DNA of 64,000 bases from Selaginella moellendorffii (lineage: Eukaryota; Plantae; Lycopodiophyta). Under the pieces are notes generated by a model that was not told where the DNA came from, searched no databases, and saw only the letters and a list, made by a program, of their open reading frames with translations. Below, piece after piece: positions 1 to 13,490 of the stretch (position 1 is its first letter; each line of letters opens with the position of its first letter). Made by a program: the position numbers and the translations under genes. The stretch spans positions 1 through 64,000 of the forward strand of contig NW_003314449.1 of NCBI RefSeq assembly GCF_000143415.4. The letters are read 5' to 3'.

Positions 1-278
1 CGTGAATGGAGATACTCCATATTTCTAGTTAAAAATCCCAGCCAGAGTTACAGAGCATGGGTGAGAATCTCGTACCTCCCAGCTGGATTGAACTTTTCCG
101 GATCAGGGTGGATCCATATGTACTTGTCTTAGCCACGCTTCCAAATCACTTGAACATCACTTGAGAGAAGGAGACTCACTATTAAACTCGAGGTCTAACA
201 AGGCTCTTCTAAAGACCATTGGGGATATTTTTTGCAAGTTGCAGTGTTTCATTGAGAGTAACTGAGAATCAAACGAAA

Positions 279-1005
279 CAAATCTCGCCATGTAAGATTG
301 TACTGCCTGAGCAAAACCAGGCTTGTACGAGAAGAGCAGCCCACAGAAAAGCTTCCCATCGATGGACGCTTCTAATATGTATCTGTAGTTGAATATGTCG
401 CTTACTCTAGCCTCGAACATCTTCTCGCCTAGCAGCTGAAGATGAGCTTGAAACTCTGTAGCATGAGTTTGACAGGGAAAAATTGGAGAGGTCCAAGTTT
501 TTCTGCAGATACCTTTGTGAGATGAAACCAAGCTCTTGTCCGCATCCCGTTGCTTGTCTAGCACGAATGGCGTGGCACGATACTCTTGCCGCCTTCTCTT
601 AAGTTCCTTACGCATGGATAGCTTTGGTTCTGATGGATCTTTCCCCCTCAGCATCTCTTCACAGAAAAACGGCAACCATATTGTCAAGAATGGCAGCAAT
701 GTCATTTAAAGAAGAAGCCAACCTGTGTCAAGGAAATACATGTCATCCAGAGCTTCAAGCTCTTCGTTATATCCCCCATAGAAGAATCATATGCCTCACT
801 CTGCGTCCACGGAATCTCCTGCAAGGGAGAAACGTGGAGAAGGCCCGGGACCAGAGGGATTCGAAGTTGCCCAAACACCAGTTGCTACAAAATACGTAAA
901 AGCCCCATGAGAGACTCACGTACTTTCCATGGCTGATTGTTGTGTGCCTGGCTCTTAGCATCAGCTCCGCACCAGTCGTCTTTACCTCCCGCCATGCCAT
1001 TGTTT
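279..1005 (-). pseudogene. Kelch-repeat protein C-terminal fragment (mirror of 10984-11710)
   Basis: Reverse-complement copy of 10984-11710. Confidence 0.7.
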
Positions 1006-2240
1006 CTGGAAACGCAAATGAATTCGCAAGTTTAAAACCAGCACAATGTATGTACCTGTGTCCAGAATATAAAATCATTTTACACACGTTTGTAAAGCAT
1101 TTCAAATTTATAATAGGCATCTGGGCTGTAAATCTCGCCTGAAACTTCTGTCCAAGGGATTCTCAAAGGTTGATGTAAACGCAACCTGCGTGTTTCCTGG
1201 CTCTCACCATTTTCCAAAGAGGAAGTCATTTCGTTCTGAAACCATGTACTATAAAGATAACCCTAACCAACTTTTATCTTGCAATACTTTACTTTGTCAC
1301 AAATATCTTAAATCATTTTCCTTTGTTACATTGGGCAATAAGATATTATTCAGCAAGTTGGGTTGTGCTGCAGCACAGATTGCTTGTGTTCTTTAGCCGT
1401 GATGTACCTGCAAAGCTCAAGAGCTCACTCATTATCAAAAAGTTATGAAGTCATGCTCTGTCCAAGTTCTCTCACCTTTAAATAACGGTTGAGCAGCATT
1501 GTGAACTATGATTAGATCATTCTATGGGCTTTCGTTTGTTTGTGAAGCATTCATCTGTATGCAAACTCGGGATGCAAGCACCTGAAAAGATTGGATTTTC
1601 AATTAGTTTCAGATGATGAAAAGCCAAGTTTACATTGCCGAGTTCACACCCCATTATCGAAGGAGTTGATTCCCCAGATAAATCCCTGCACCATGACCTA
1701 GTGCTCATACAAAGCTAGAAGCTGGTCAACTGTACATGGCTTTAGAGTTGGTAGCAACATGCTCAAGACTGGACGATTGCTGGTGAATTCTTACAGACTT
1801 TCACCTAACATGCTAGATAACCGTAGAGCAGCAAGGAAAGAACATTCAAGAAGCCTTTCAAGATCCTACTCTTTATTTTGTAGGAAATTCAGCACTTGGC
1901 TCTCCAAATTTGCAGCATGCCAGGACTGCATTGCAATGTGTTGGGATTTCTCCTATCCAAGATGTGTGCAAGTATGCACATATTTTGAGGAGATTTAGAA
2001 GGTAGTAGGTAGACACTGCTTGATTCTTATTATAATGAGGCTTATAACATTAACTTTGGCCAATCTTGCTAAACAATAGACTATGGCCGGTTTAGTAAAA
2101 GGCTGATAAAACGTGTATGGTTGTAAAACTCAGTTCTCATGAGATTCTTACAACTTGCTTCTGAAAGTCTTTATGTTTTGCCTTTGTGCTTCGCAAATCT
2201 TCCTCAACTTGCTTGAGCTGTATTAATAGGAACGACACAT

Positions 2241-2936
2241 ACCTGGTTTCATAGGGTGAGAACAACATAAGGGTCACCAATCATGAAGTCCCTCACTGTA
2301 AGGTTACCTCTAGAATTGAAGCATTGAACAGAAGAATCTTCTTGCCTTGAAAGAATGTCGACTCTTGACAAGAGGAAGCCAAATGCATGGCTTTACGAAT
2401 TTTTGTCTTTCATACTTGCTTCTGAGAAAACATTGATGGTTGAAAAATAAATATAGAAAACAGTTTTGCATCTCCTGAACCTTACAAATTCTAATTGCTC
2501 TTGATTGGATGATTCTGGCATGGGTCTTTTGCCAAGATTTAGGAACAAAGGCCTCGTATGCAGCATTTGCAGCTGCATTGCCACCAATAAACAGCATAAG
2601 CTCAACCCCTTTGTCTGTCCAGTCGTTGGAATTTATGGACATAAACTGTTGAAAAGGGACATAAAATTGGGAAGAGAGATTATTTACATTTACCTTTGAT
2701 ACAGAAGCTCCCATGCTTCAATGAACAGCATAGCATTTGTCACAGATTATAACTCCATGTTTGTAGAGCTGGAGAAACAACAGAAGATGCAGCAAGATGG
2801 AAATGAAAATGACTTACGCCCATTGGGGACCCTGCAACCTGCAACCCTGCACATAACTGGTTGTCTGGTTGCAAGATAAATGTCTGAAATTTAGTCGTGC
2901 TTCTCTCCATTTGCTAGGGTATCAAAGATCCACTCC
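2241..2936 (-). pseudogene. ArfGAP + C2-domain (AGD11/12/13, ZAC-like) pseudogene (mirror of 9053-9748)
   Basis: Reverse-complement copy of 9053-9748. Confidence 0.85.
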
Positions 2937-3367
2937 TGAAAAACAAAGATCGGTGGACAGACCTTCTAGCAAAAAAAAGAAGAATAAAAGAAAAAGCATT
3001 GCATTGAAAACCTTACCTTTAAACAAAGGAAATTCCGAGTTGATGAGCTTAACCTTTACTCCAATCCTGCCAATACGCTCTGAGACACATAGATACACTG
3101 CAAAAAAAGAGCATTCTCAACTCAGAGGGAAAAGAAAGAACTGTCTTTCAGAGATCCAGTAAACTGCTTTCACAGACTTACAAGTGTATTATACAGGTGC
3201 TCCGACTGAATGGTAGAATGCTTTTCAAGTCGATCTGGGTGGAAATCTTGAGCGCCTGGCAGCCTTTGGACAGCACACTATTGTGATCAGATGGTCTGTT
3301 CACGATTCCACAAGTGCTGTGGAAAGTCAGAGGTCTCTTTGACGGCATATGAGCACAAGGTATATAA

Positions 3368-3460
3368 CGTAAGGACCAATGCAATCATGCAGCGAACCTC
3401 ATGGTGTGCAGCCGCGCGTAAGGACCAATGCAATCATGCAGCGAACCTGATGGTGTGCAG
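3368..3460. repeat. 49-bp-period tandem duplication (mirror at 8529-8621)
   Basis: cgtaaggaccaatgcaatcatgcagcgaacct(c/g)atggtgtgcag starts at 3368 and again at 3417. Confidence 0.9.
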
Positions 3461-3625
3461 TAAGCTCTCCTGGAAAAATGCATTGAAAAAAACTGGTTTA
3501 CCCTAAAAAAAAAAAAGTTTCAACCTCAACTGTTTTTTTGCCATGTGTCTTCATCTCCACCATTAAACTCGAAAAGAATCTCGATTGAATATGTCACCCT
3601 TGCTCTTTTAAATATAGAAGGATGA

Positions 3626-5135
3626 CTAGAAAGGAATCTAGCTCTNNNNNNNNNNNNNNNNNNNNNNNNNNNNNNNNNNNNNNNNNNNNNNNNNNNNNNN
3701 NNNNNNNNNNNNNNNNNNNNNNNNNNNNNNNNNNNNNNNNNNNNNATTGTCACATTGGTGACATGAGTTTCTTTGTACACAATGCTTTTCCATATAGACA
3801 TTATGGTTCTGGAGCACACCTTGTCCCTCTCATTGTTCGGTGGACATTGTAATTTGTTTCTTTGATATTCTCCTTGAAAGTGCAACCGTGGCCAAAAACT
3901 GGTCTTGACAAATAGATAACCATATTCTGTAATGTTTGTCCCTGAGATTTGCAAATTGTTATGGAGAACACAAGCCTTATTAGGATTGGTGTCGTTTGAA
4001 GATAAATGGCATATCTTTGCCAGTTGGTTTTAAAGAGATTCTTGGTAGGACTTTTTTTTTTCCTTTCATACCATTATGTAGAATTTCAGCTTCTATAACA
4101 TTTGGTAGTGCCTTCATTATAATTAGTTTAGTGCCACTACAAAGGCCTTTTTTAGTGTCAATGTTGCATAAAACATCTGATTTTTTTGTGTATCTTGTGT
4201 GGAGGCATTCCAGATGGTGTTACTAAGTTTAAGAATTCTATAGCATAATCCAACATCTCTTCGTCCAAATCTGTTTCTAATGATGTCAATGTTTTTGTAT
4301 GTTATTGTTCTGCCAGTCATTCTCAAAAGGACTTGGTCATTTACTTGTAGAGAGAGATCATTTAAAGTCATGACAATAGCTTTCTCCAATAGGTTGTATG
4401 TGTTTTCCAAACACATTTTCTATCATTTGTTCTCTAGTGGTGAAAGTTAGAGGTAATTTTATAACTTCCTGGTTGAATCCTTAGAGGCTAGGTAGGTTAT
4501 CATGTTTGAGCCTCCCAAGCCATCTGGACCATTCCTTTTCCTCAGAGTTCACCCTCATATTTAATGAGAACTTTACAAGATATTGGTGAGGATTTCACAC
4601 TGTTTTGGACAATTTTTGTGTGATGGGCTTTTTAAAAACAGGTAATGTCAGTCTGAAATCTACTCCTGTTACTAATGTGATGCCACCAAAATCTGTATCA
4701 CAGTTTGTTATGTCATGCAAGACCCTCTTGACAGCTTTAAAAGCATGAATGGGTACCATGCTTATCTTGTCCCATATGAGCAGTTCAGCTCTCCTTATGA
4801 CCTCGGGAGGTGCTGAATTTTCTTGCAGGTCCGGGGTGCATGTTTCTGTGATTGGTACCAGTAGCTTAAATGTTGAATAAGCCATTCTACCTCCTATAAA
4901 AAGAGTACTCTGTCCATGTGACTACTAAGACTTCTATGTCACAGGCAGTGGCATATTTTATCAGTATGTTAAAAGGGTATGATTTCCCTGTGCCTCTGAC
5001 TCCATCAACAAAGAATAATCTTTTTATTTCTTTTTTGTTCTGTATTGCATTCAAGACATTGTTAAAAATGTAAAGCTGTTCCATGTTCAGTCTGGTTTTA
5101 GTAATTCAGCTTCGTCAGGAATGCATGGCTGAGGT
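3626..5135 (-). mobile_element. Helitron 3' fragment: decayed PIF1-like helicase plus 3' terminus
   Basis: Peptides FFVDGVRGTGKS (Walker A), LLIWDKISM and DFGGITLVTGVDFRLTLPV, homologous to 16863-18355. Minus strand ends ...agctagattcctttCTAG|T at 3626. Confidence 0.92.
3646..3745. other. Assembly gap (100 N)
   Basis: N run. Its flanks match both sides of the Helitron 3' terminus seen at 18295-18355, which implies only about 17-20 bp are missing if the join is real. Confidence 0.99.
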
Positions 5136-5929
5136 AACCTTATCTGCGTAACATGTATCAATGTAACTTGAGAAAGAGAGGAGTTGGCTGTGGTGGCTCT
5201 CCGAGATTTAGCTGCAGCTTCTACTTTTGCTGGCCTTTCAGACACTTTGGACGGATGTTAGTGAAGACTAATAAGGTGCATCCAAAATTCAATAAATTGT
5301 ACTTTGGAAGGGCTTGAATTTTGCTCGTTTGTTCCCGAGTGTTTTCTTTGTCAACTTAGGAACACACAGGGTATCAAAATGGTCGCTTTGGAGATATGTT
5401 TGCCTAGGGTACGTCATCTGTTTGCAATCCAGGCCCTAGAAGTTTGTGATACCCCCATGTAAAAAAGTAGATGTAGGCATAGAAAAAGTGCTGAACAAGT
5501 AAATTACAAGTGTAAATTAGCAGCAAATTAGTAAATTACAATTAAAGTCCAGTAAATTAGCAACCAGTCGACTGGTAGACAAAAATGACGTGGCATTGGC
5601 GACACTTTAGTTGGCAAATTTTGGTCCCAAGCTATCAACTTGAACACTAGTTGAAAGGAAGCATTAGACCTTAATTTGCAGCTGCTAAGTTTACTGCAGC
5701 CATTGAACTGCAGCAAAACATATGTAAAACATAACCTAGCACCAGCTAACAAAAAGCAAACTTTACCTGTGCATCTGCAAGTCGTATTGCTTCTAAACTG
5801 TTTCGTGCTACATGAGATTTAAACCCCAGAACACAGCGTTCTCATATATGTATTCTCAAGAACAATTTTAAAAATTATTTATCACCTTCTGGTCATTTTG
5901 AGATTTAAAATCTTTAAAGAATACATGAT

Positions 5930-7338
5930 TTAATATTTGGGATCTGTTCCAAGGTTATCGACCCATTCCTGCTCAATTTCTAATTGGAATTCGGAAGGTA
6001 TATCATTTTTCAAGCGAGCATATACCATGTAAGCATACGCGTTGAAGAGCCACTTATCAAACCCAATTTTACTGAAGATGGAGGTGTCTTTCAAGTTAAA
6101 AACAAGTGGCCAACTTGTTCTTGCGGGATCAAAAGTGGTTTGACGTGTTAAATATGCAGCGGCCAACGGGGGAAGTTCCCAGTACGTGTCAAGTATGGAC
6201 TCGAGGAGATGAAAGTTCTTCACATGTTGCTCGTAAGAGATGGGAGCATTGGTTTTCCCAAAGTTGTCGTAAGCACGACCTTGCTTTCCCCACCATGCTC
6301 CTCCTCGACTGCAGAGATCTGATATGTTTACTGCATTTTCCCACATTTTCTTCCTCAAATTTCTGGTTCGAGCTTCCTGACTGTTTCTGGAGCAAGTATG
6401 TCCTCCCCCTAGCGGTTGTAAAAGGAAAATGATTTCGAAACAGGAACTATGCAAACATACCATTGCTTACTTGGTCACAAACTTGTCGGAGTGAATATTG
6501 ATCACCATGTCCAGTGTCACAATTGTCATTAAACACTAAATGTTTAAATCCTGCCCGGCTTGCCTGGCTCACTCTGAAGAAATAACTAAATATCCATCAG
6601 TTTCTATTACAAAGCACTGGGAAAAGATTAAAACCTTTTGAGATGATTTTGGTGGTCATCAAAAAGCACTAGAATTTTTCTCCTATCAGCATCTTGCTGA
6701 AGGTGTCTATCCCAACGTACATATCCAAAATCCACAAATTTCTCTCCAGTAAGGTACTCGCAGTTGGAGTCAACATATGCTCCAAGGCCATCTTCTAAAT
6801 GTGACAAAGGGTGTTCGGGACTAATTGAAATAATTCTCGCGTCAGGCATTGCTTGGCGTAAAACCCAAGTTGTGTGACCCCTCAGACCACCACTCTCGAT
6901 AATAATCTCTGGTTCAAGTTGACGAGCCAGAAACCAAAGTCCAAATGAGTGATCTAGCCTCATTCCAAGCACATTTCTCTTGATAGGTCTTTTGCTATAA
7001 GTTGACAGAAACTCGTGGAGTCCTGCGAGAAGGTGGGCTTCGCCCCACTCGACTTGTTTGGTGGAACTGTCAAGAATCAAATGATCAATTTTTAGGGACA
7101 TTTGATAACTAATGCAGAACAATTACTTGCAACGAGGTACACCGAGAAACCCAAACTCGTCGGTAGATTCGGCAAGTGGATGAAGAAAAGGATGGTGCCC
7201 AGGATACAAGTAGTAGAATTTACTCGTCCAGGAATCCACGTGTTTCCACTCCAGAATCCACTCTGAAAAGAGCATTATTATGCAGCCTAGAAGCAGCCCC
7301 CCGAGACATAGTAATCCCGATTTTGTTCTCATTCCCAT
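5930..7338 (-). CDS. Conserved plant protein of unknown function (AT3G16200-like; N-terminal membrane anchor, possible SAM-methyltransferase-like fold). Exons 7338-7127, 7066-6635, 6573-6461, 6408-5930
   Basis: GT-AG introns of 60, 61 and 52 nt join the ORFs in frame (GVPRC|NSTKQVEW...DDHQNHLKR|VSQASRAGFKHLVF...CDQVSN|GGGHTC). Motifs GMRLDHSFGLWFLAR, IIESGGLRGHTTWVLRQAMPD, FDDHQN and YWELPP recalled from this family. No internal stops. Confidence 0.88.
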
Positions 7339-7640
7339 GAAAAGTTAGTTAAAAGCGGACATTAGAAATATTTGGAAACGGAAAGCATGGGAAAAAGAGG
7401 TTAGGGGTTTGTAGAGTCTTTCCAAGTGCCAAATCACGTTGACGTTAAGGAAAAGATGGACAAGAAAAAGTTTTCATTCCCAAAGCTTCCGCTCTCCCAA
7501 AGTAAGACACATGAAGTCAGAAACCTACAGAACACTAAAGATGCTGAAGATATAGAAGATAAATGACTGCTCGACCACATCTAAACCCTGAGAAGCATTT
7601 CAAACATCTTTCTTGCAACTGTAACTTCTGTTGTTTTCCA

Positions 7641-7960
7641 GCTCTACAAACGCTGGTGTTATAATCTGTGATAGATGTTCTGCTGTTCATCGAAGCATGG
7701 GAGCCTCTGGATGAAGGTGACAGAAATGACTCTCTTTCCAGATTTTGCCATCAAATTCCACCGACTGGATTGGTGGAATTTGGAAATACAGCCGCAAGTG
7801 CTGCTTATGAGGCCTTTGTTCCTTGCACGTGCAAAAGACCTATGCCCGGATTCATCAAATCAAGAGAGAACAAGCTTCTTTCATATACGGGATATTTTTC
7901 TTCAGAAGCAAGAATTTGTACAGCCATCTGTGCGTTTATAGTGAAGGCAAGATGATTCTT
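7641..7960 (+). pseudogene. Second, more diverged ArfGAP fragment
   Basis: STNAGVIICDRCSAVHRSMG and EFGNTAASAAYEAFVP..KRPMP; aligns to 9220-9660 with deletions and stops. Confidence 0.75.
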
Positions 7961-9052
7961 CCGCTCTTTTAGTCATGAAATTTGATACGAAATAGGATCT
8001 CCTTCTTATCCATCACATTGAGAAAGTTATTGCAAATCCTCAGCCCTTGGTCCAAAGTCTGCCTGGTCTCCTGTGCTGAAGTCAAGTAGGAGAAGATGAG
8101 CCAAGGCAAAATGTTTACCGAAGATTTCCAGTACCAGCGTGGTGCCAACTTGTTTGAGCTGATGCTACTTGTGTCGAGGAGCTCACCTCCACTTTTCTCA
8201 GCGGTCCAGCATCGGCATCTCAGACCGAGATTGCAGCTAGGGAGAATGCTGGAGCCTATGGGGTCATTTTGAGATCATTCCATCATCTATGATGATATGA
8301 TGACGGTCATATGATTATCAAGCATCAGTGGCTATTCCGCCTCGCTTTTCGTTCCATAAGAAATCATCCTTCTATATTTAAAAGAGCAAGGGTGACATAT
8401 TCAATCGAGATTCTTTTCGAGTTTAATGGTGGAGATGAAGACACATGGCAAAAAAACAGTTGAGGTTGAAACTTTTTTTTTTTTAGGGTAAACCAGTTTT
8501 TTTCAATGCATTTTTCCAGGAGAGCTTACTGCACACCATCAGGTTCGCTGCATGATTGCATTGGTCCTTACGCGCGGCTGCACACCATGAGGTTCGCTGC
8601 ATGATTGCATTGGTCCTTACGTTATATACCTTGTGCTCATATGCCGTCAAAGAGACCTCTGACTTTCCACAGCACTTGTGGAATCGTGAACAGACCATCT
8701 GATCACAATAGTGTGCTGTCCAAAGGCTGCCAGGCGCTCAAGATTTCCACCCAGATCGACTTGAAAAGCATTCTACCATTCAGTCGGAGCACCTGTATAA
8801 TACACTTGTAAGTCTGTGAAAGCAGTTTACTGGATCTCTGAAAGACAGTTCTTTCTTTTCCCTCTGAGTTGAGAATGCTCTTTTTTTGCAGTGTATCTAT
8901 GTGTCTCAGAGCGTATTGGCAGGATTGGAGTAAAGGTTAAGCTCATCAACTCGGAATTTCCTTTGTTTAAAGGTAAGGTTTTCAATGCAATGCTTTTTCT
9001 TTTATTCTTCTTTTTTTTGCTAGAAGGTCTGTCCACCGATCTTTGTTTTTCA

Positions 9053-9748
9053 GGAGTGGATCTTTGATACCCTAGCAAATGGAGAGAAGCACGACTAAAT
9101 TTCAGACATTTATCTTGCAACCAGACAACCAGTTATGTGCAGGGTTGCAGGTTGCAGGGTCCCCAATGGGCGTAAGTCATTTTCATTTCCATCTTGCTGC
9201 ATCTTCTGTTGTTTCTCCAGCTCTACAAACATGGAGTTATAATCTGTGACAAATGCTATGCTGTTCATTGAAGCATGGGAGCTTCTGTATCAAAGGTAAA
9301 TGTAAATAATCTCTCTTCCCAATTTTATGTCCCTTTTCAACAGTTTATGTCCATAAATTCCAACGACTGGACAGACAAAGGGGTTGAGCTTATGCTGTTT
9401 ATTGGTGGCAATGCAGCTGCAAATGCTGCATACGAGGCCTTTGTTCCTAAATCTTGGCAAAAGACCCATGCCAGAATCATCCAATCAAGAGCAATTAGAA
9501 TTTGTAAGGTTCAGGAGATGCAAAACTGTTTTCTATATTTATTTTTCAACCATCAATGTTTTCTCAGAAGCAAGTATGAAAGACAAAAATTCGTAAAGCC
9601 ATGCATTTGGCTTCCTCTTGTCAAGAGTCGACATTCTTTCAAGGCAAGAAGATTCTTCTGTTCAATACTTCAATTCTAGAGGTAACCTTACAGTGAGGGA
9701 CTTCATGATTGGTGACCCTTATGTTGTTCTCACCCTATGAAACCAGGT
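9053..9748 (+). pseudogene. ArfGAP + C2-domain (AGD11/12/13, ZAC-like) pseudogene
   Basis: Exon peptides LQPDNQLCA..QGPQWA / STN.GVIICDKCYAVH*SMGASVSK / DWTDKGVELMLFIGGNAAANAAYEAFVP..PMPESSNQEQLEFVR / SKYERQKFVKP / NLTVRDFMIGDPYVVLTL* (ArfGAP zinc finger then C2 start), with frameshifts and stops. Confidence 0.85.
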
Positions 9749-10983
9749 ATGTGTCGTTCCTATTAATACAGCTCAAGCAAGTTGAGGAAGATTTGCGAAG
9801 CACAAAGGCAAAACATAAAGACTTTCAGAAGCAAGTTGTAAGAATCTCATGAGAACTGAGTTTTACAACCATACACGTTTTATCAGCCTTTTACTAAACC
9901 GGCCATAGTCTATTGTTTAGCAAGATTGGCCAAAGTTAATGTTATAAGCCTCATTATAATAAGAATCAAGCAGTGTCTACCTACTACCTTCTAAATCTCC
10001 TCAAAATATGTGCATACTTGCACACATCTTGGATAGGAGAAATCCCAACACATTGCAATGCAGTCCTGGCATGCTGCAAATTTGGAGAGCCAAGTGCTGA
10101 ATTTCCTACAAAATAAAGAGTAGGATCTTGAAAGGCTTCTTGAATGTTCTTTCCTTGCTGCTCTACGGTTATCTAGCATGTTAGGTGAAAGTCTGTAAGA
10201 ATTCACCAGCAATCGTCCAGTCTTGAGCATGTTGCTACCAACTCTAAAGCCATGTACAGTTGACCAGCTTCTAGCTTTGTATGAGCACTAGGTCATGGTG
10301 CAGGGATTTATCTGGGGAATCAACTCCTTCGATAATGGGGTGTGAACTCGGCAATGTAAACTTGGCTTTTCATCATCTGAAACTAATTGAAAATCCAATC
10401 TTTTCAGGTGCTTGCATCCCGAGTTTGCATACAGATGAATGCTTCACAAACAAACGAAAGCCCATAGAATGATCTAATCATAGTTCACAATGCTGCTCAA
10501 CCGTTATTTAAAGGTGAGAGAACTTGGACAGAGCATGACTTCATAACTTTTTGATAATGAGTGAGCTCTTGAGCTTTGCAGGTACATCACGGCTAAAGAA
10601 CACAAGCAATCTGTGCTGCAGCACAACCCAACTTGCTGAATAATATCTTATTGCCCAATGTAACAAAGGAAAATGATTTAAGATATTTGTGACAAAGTAA
10701 AGTATTGCAAGATAAAAGTTGGTTAGGGTTATCTTTATAGTACATGGTTTCAGAACGAAATGACTTCCTCTTTGGAAAATGGTGAGAGCCAGGAAACACG
10801 CAGGTTGCGTTTACATCAACCTTTGAGAATCCCTTGGACAGAAGTTTCAGGCGAGATTTACAGCCCAGATGCCTATTATAAATTTGAAATGCTTTACAAA
10901 CGTGTGTAAAATGATTTTATATTCTGGACACAGGTACATACATTGTGCTGGTTTTAAACTTGCGAATTCATTTGCGTTTCCAG

Positions 10984-11710
10984 AAACAATGGCATGGCGG
11001 GAGGTAAAGACGACTGGTGCGGAGCTGATGCTAAGAGCCAGGCACACAACAATCAGCCATGGAAAGTACGTGAGTCTCTCATGGGGCTTTTACGTATTTT
11101 GTAGCAACTGGTGTTTGGGCAACTTCGAATCCCTCTGGTCCCGGGCCTTCTCCACGTTTCTCCCTTGCAGGAGATTCCGTGGACGCAGAGTGAGGCATAT
11201 GATTCTTCTATGGGGGATATAACGAAGAGCTTGAAGCTCTGGATGACATGTATTTCCTTGACACAGGTTGGCTTCTTCTTTAAATGACATTGCTGCCATT
11301 CTTGACAATATGGTTGCCGTTTTTCTGTGAAGAGATGCTGAGGGGGAAAGATCCATCAGAACCAAAGCTATCCATGCGTAAGGAACTTAAGAGAAGGTGG
11401 CAAGAGTATCGTGCCACGCCATTCGTGCTAGACAAGCAACGGGATGCGGACAAGAGCTTGGTTTCATCTCACAAAGGTATCTGCAGAAAAACTTGGACCT
11501 CTCCAATTTTTCCCTGTCAAACTCATGCTACAGAGTTTCAAGCTCATCTTCAGCTGCTAGGCGAGAAGATGTTCGAGGCTAGAGTAAGCGACATATTCAA
11601 CTACAGATACATATTAGAAGCGTCCATCGATGGGAAGCTTTTCTGTGGGCTGCTCTTCTCGTACAAGCCTGGTTTTGCTCAGGCAGTACAATCTTACATG
11701 GCGAGATTTG
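10984..11710 (+). pseudogene. Kelch-repeat protein (AT1G74150/AT1G18610-like) C-terminal fragment
   Basis: TMAWREVKTTG..RARHTTISHGKY; TGVWATSNPSGPGPSPRFSLAGDSVDAE*GI*FFYGGYNEELEALDDMYFLDT (Kelch blade with 2 stops); KLSMRKELK; KMFEARVSDIFNYRYILEASIDGKLFCGLLFSYKP tail. Confidence 0.7.
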
Positions 11711-12891
11711 TTTCGTTTGATTCTCAGTTACTCTCAATGAAACACTGCAACTTGCAAAAAATATCCCCAATGGTCTTTAGAAGAGCCTTGTTAGACCTCG
11801 AGTTTAATAGTGAGTCTCCTTCTCTCAAGTGATGTTCAAGTGATTTGGAAGCGTGGCTAAGACAAGTACATATGGATCCACCCTGATCCGGAAAAGTTCA
11901 ATCCAGCTGGGAGGTACGAGATTCTCACCCATGCTCTGTAACTCTGGCTGGGATTTTTAACTAGAAATATGGAGTATCTCCATTCACGTTCACACCCTTT
12001 GGGATGGGAAATCGAACTTACAAACTTGCCAAGCTTCAAATCTTCATTGTCGTCCATTACTTCGTTATTACAGGTAAAGATCTATTATTTGTGCCATTAT
12101 TCCTTTATCTGGGGTTTGAGGTGGACTGCCTTGGATCCCAACAGCAAAGTTTCTTACTTGCCACATCCAAGACCACGAGACTTCTATTCTGTAAGAGTTT
12201 CAAAACTTCTGTAGTTATAAAAGAAAAAAGTACTTTACTGAATTGTACCTCATACAATATGATACCTTATGCATTCTCATGCCTCCACTATTCTAATTTG
12301 TCCCTGTCACTTATTGACTTATCACAAGGAGCGAATCCTTCTTTGAAGTCACTGCCTCAACAGGATGAAACTCAAAGACAAGAAGATACTCAAAGGCAGG
12401 CTTGCCAAGTACATTGTAGAGGCTGTTTGTAAGTCCCAAATGTTTCTCATCACAGGTCTTTGGAGGACATGCATAGCTTTTATGACCATGGACCAAATGT
12501 TGAGAACAGCAGCATCATCAAGAAGAGTTGCAGTCTAGCATTTAATTTGTCTCACTTCTGGCACAAGACAATAAGGTTGTTAAAAATAAGGTCTTCATTT
12601 ATTTTTTAACTAAGTCCTGTTTGCACAGCAATACAATGCATCAGGAGCTTGCTGGAAACTATGATTTACAGAGTTTCCAAGAAGGTATGAGATTCACGCT
12701 GATTACAGCAAGTAACTATCAGGTACACTTTTAGTGTTTTCTCTCATGAATCGTGATCTCCCTTATCTTGAGTTTAGAGAAGCCTGCAAGCATCACCAGA
12801 TTCTAAGAACTCAGCCAACTATGTGTGTCTTTGGAGGCTGCCATTATAAGTACTTTTTCTTTAAATTTTATATAACCTTCACTGCTAATGG

Positions 12892-13490
12892 AAAGCCAAG
12901 TTTACATTGCCGAGTTCACACCCCATTATCGAAGGAGTTGATTCCCCAGATAAATCCCTGCACCACGACCCAGTGCTCATACAAAGCTAGAAGCTGGTCA
13001 ACTGTACATGACTTTAGAGTTGGTAGCAACATGCTCAAGACTGGACGATTGCTGGTGAATTCTTACAGACTTTCATCTAACATGCTAGATAACCATAGAG
13101 CAGCAAGGAAAGAACATTCAAGAAGCCTTTCAAGATCCTACTCTTTATTTTGTAGGAAATTCAGCACTTGGCTCTCCAAATTTGCAGCATGCCGGGACTG
13201 CATTGCAATCTGTTGGGATTTCTCCTATCCAAGATGTGTGCAAGTATGCACAGATTTTGAAGATTTTGAAGGAGATTTAGAAGGTAGTAGGTAGACACTG
13301 CTTGATTCTTATTATAATGAGGCTTATAACATTAACTTTGGCCAATCTTGCTAAACAATAGACTATGGCCGGTTTAGTAAAGGGCCGATAAAACGTGTTT
13401 GGTTGTAAAACTCAGTTCTCTTGAGATTCTTACAACTTGCTTCTGAAAGTCTTTATGTTTTGCCTTTGTGCTTCGCAAATCTTCCTCAAC
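12892..13490. repeat. Third, slightly diverged copy of 1619-2208 (inverted relative to about 9781-10370)
   Basis: The same [15 protein letters not shown].. translation; a few SNPs and a small insertion near 13255. Confidence 0.93.

Larger units (their letters stand above)
1..3625. repeat. Left arm of a near-identical inverted duplication (partner 8364-11988); continues past the window start
   Basis: ORF pairs mirror about x <-> 11989-x (157..705- vs 11284..11832+; 2310..2714- vs 9275..9679+; 3291..3506+ vs 8483..8698-). Only scattered substitutions (RRR/RRW, CSML/CSIL). Confidence 0.97.
8364..11988. repeat. Right arm of inverted duplication (partner 1-3625)
   Basis: Reverse complement of 1-3625; begins at an A|T dinucleotide (8363/8364). 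Confidence 0.97.

Noticed and set aside
157-705. 182-aa ORF (and mirror 11284-11832) as an intact gene
   Set aside because: It is the last part of a Kelch pseudogene whose upstream exon has two stops; the ORF start and end appear to be intronic.
12734-13294. 186-aa ORF and related 79-aa ORFs (1759, 9991)
   Set aside because: No recognisable domain; the frame is not preserved between duplicate copies.
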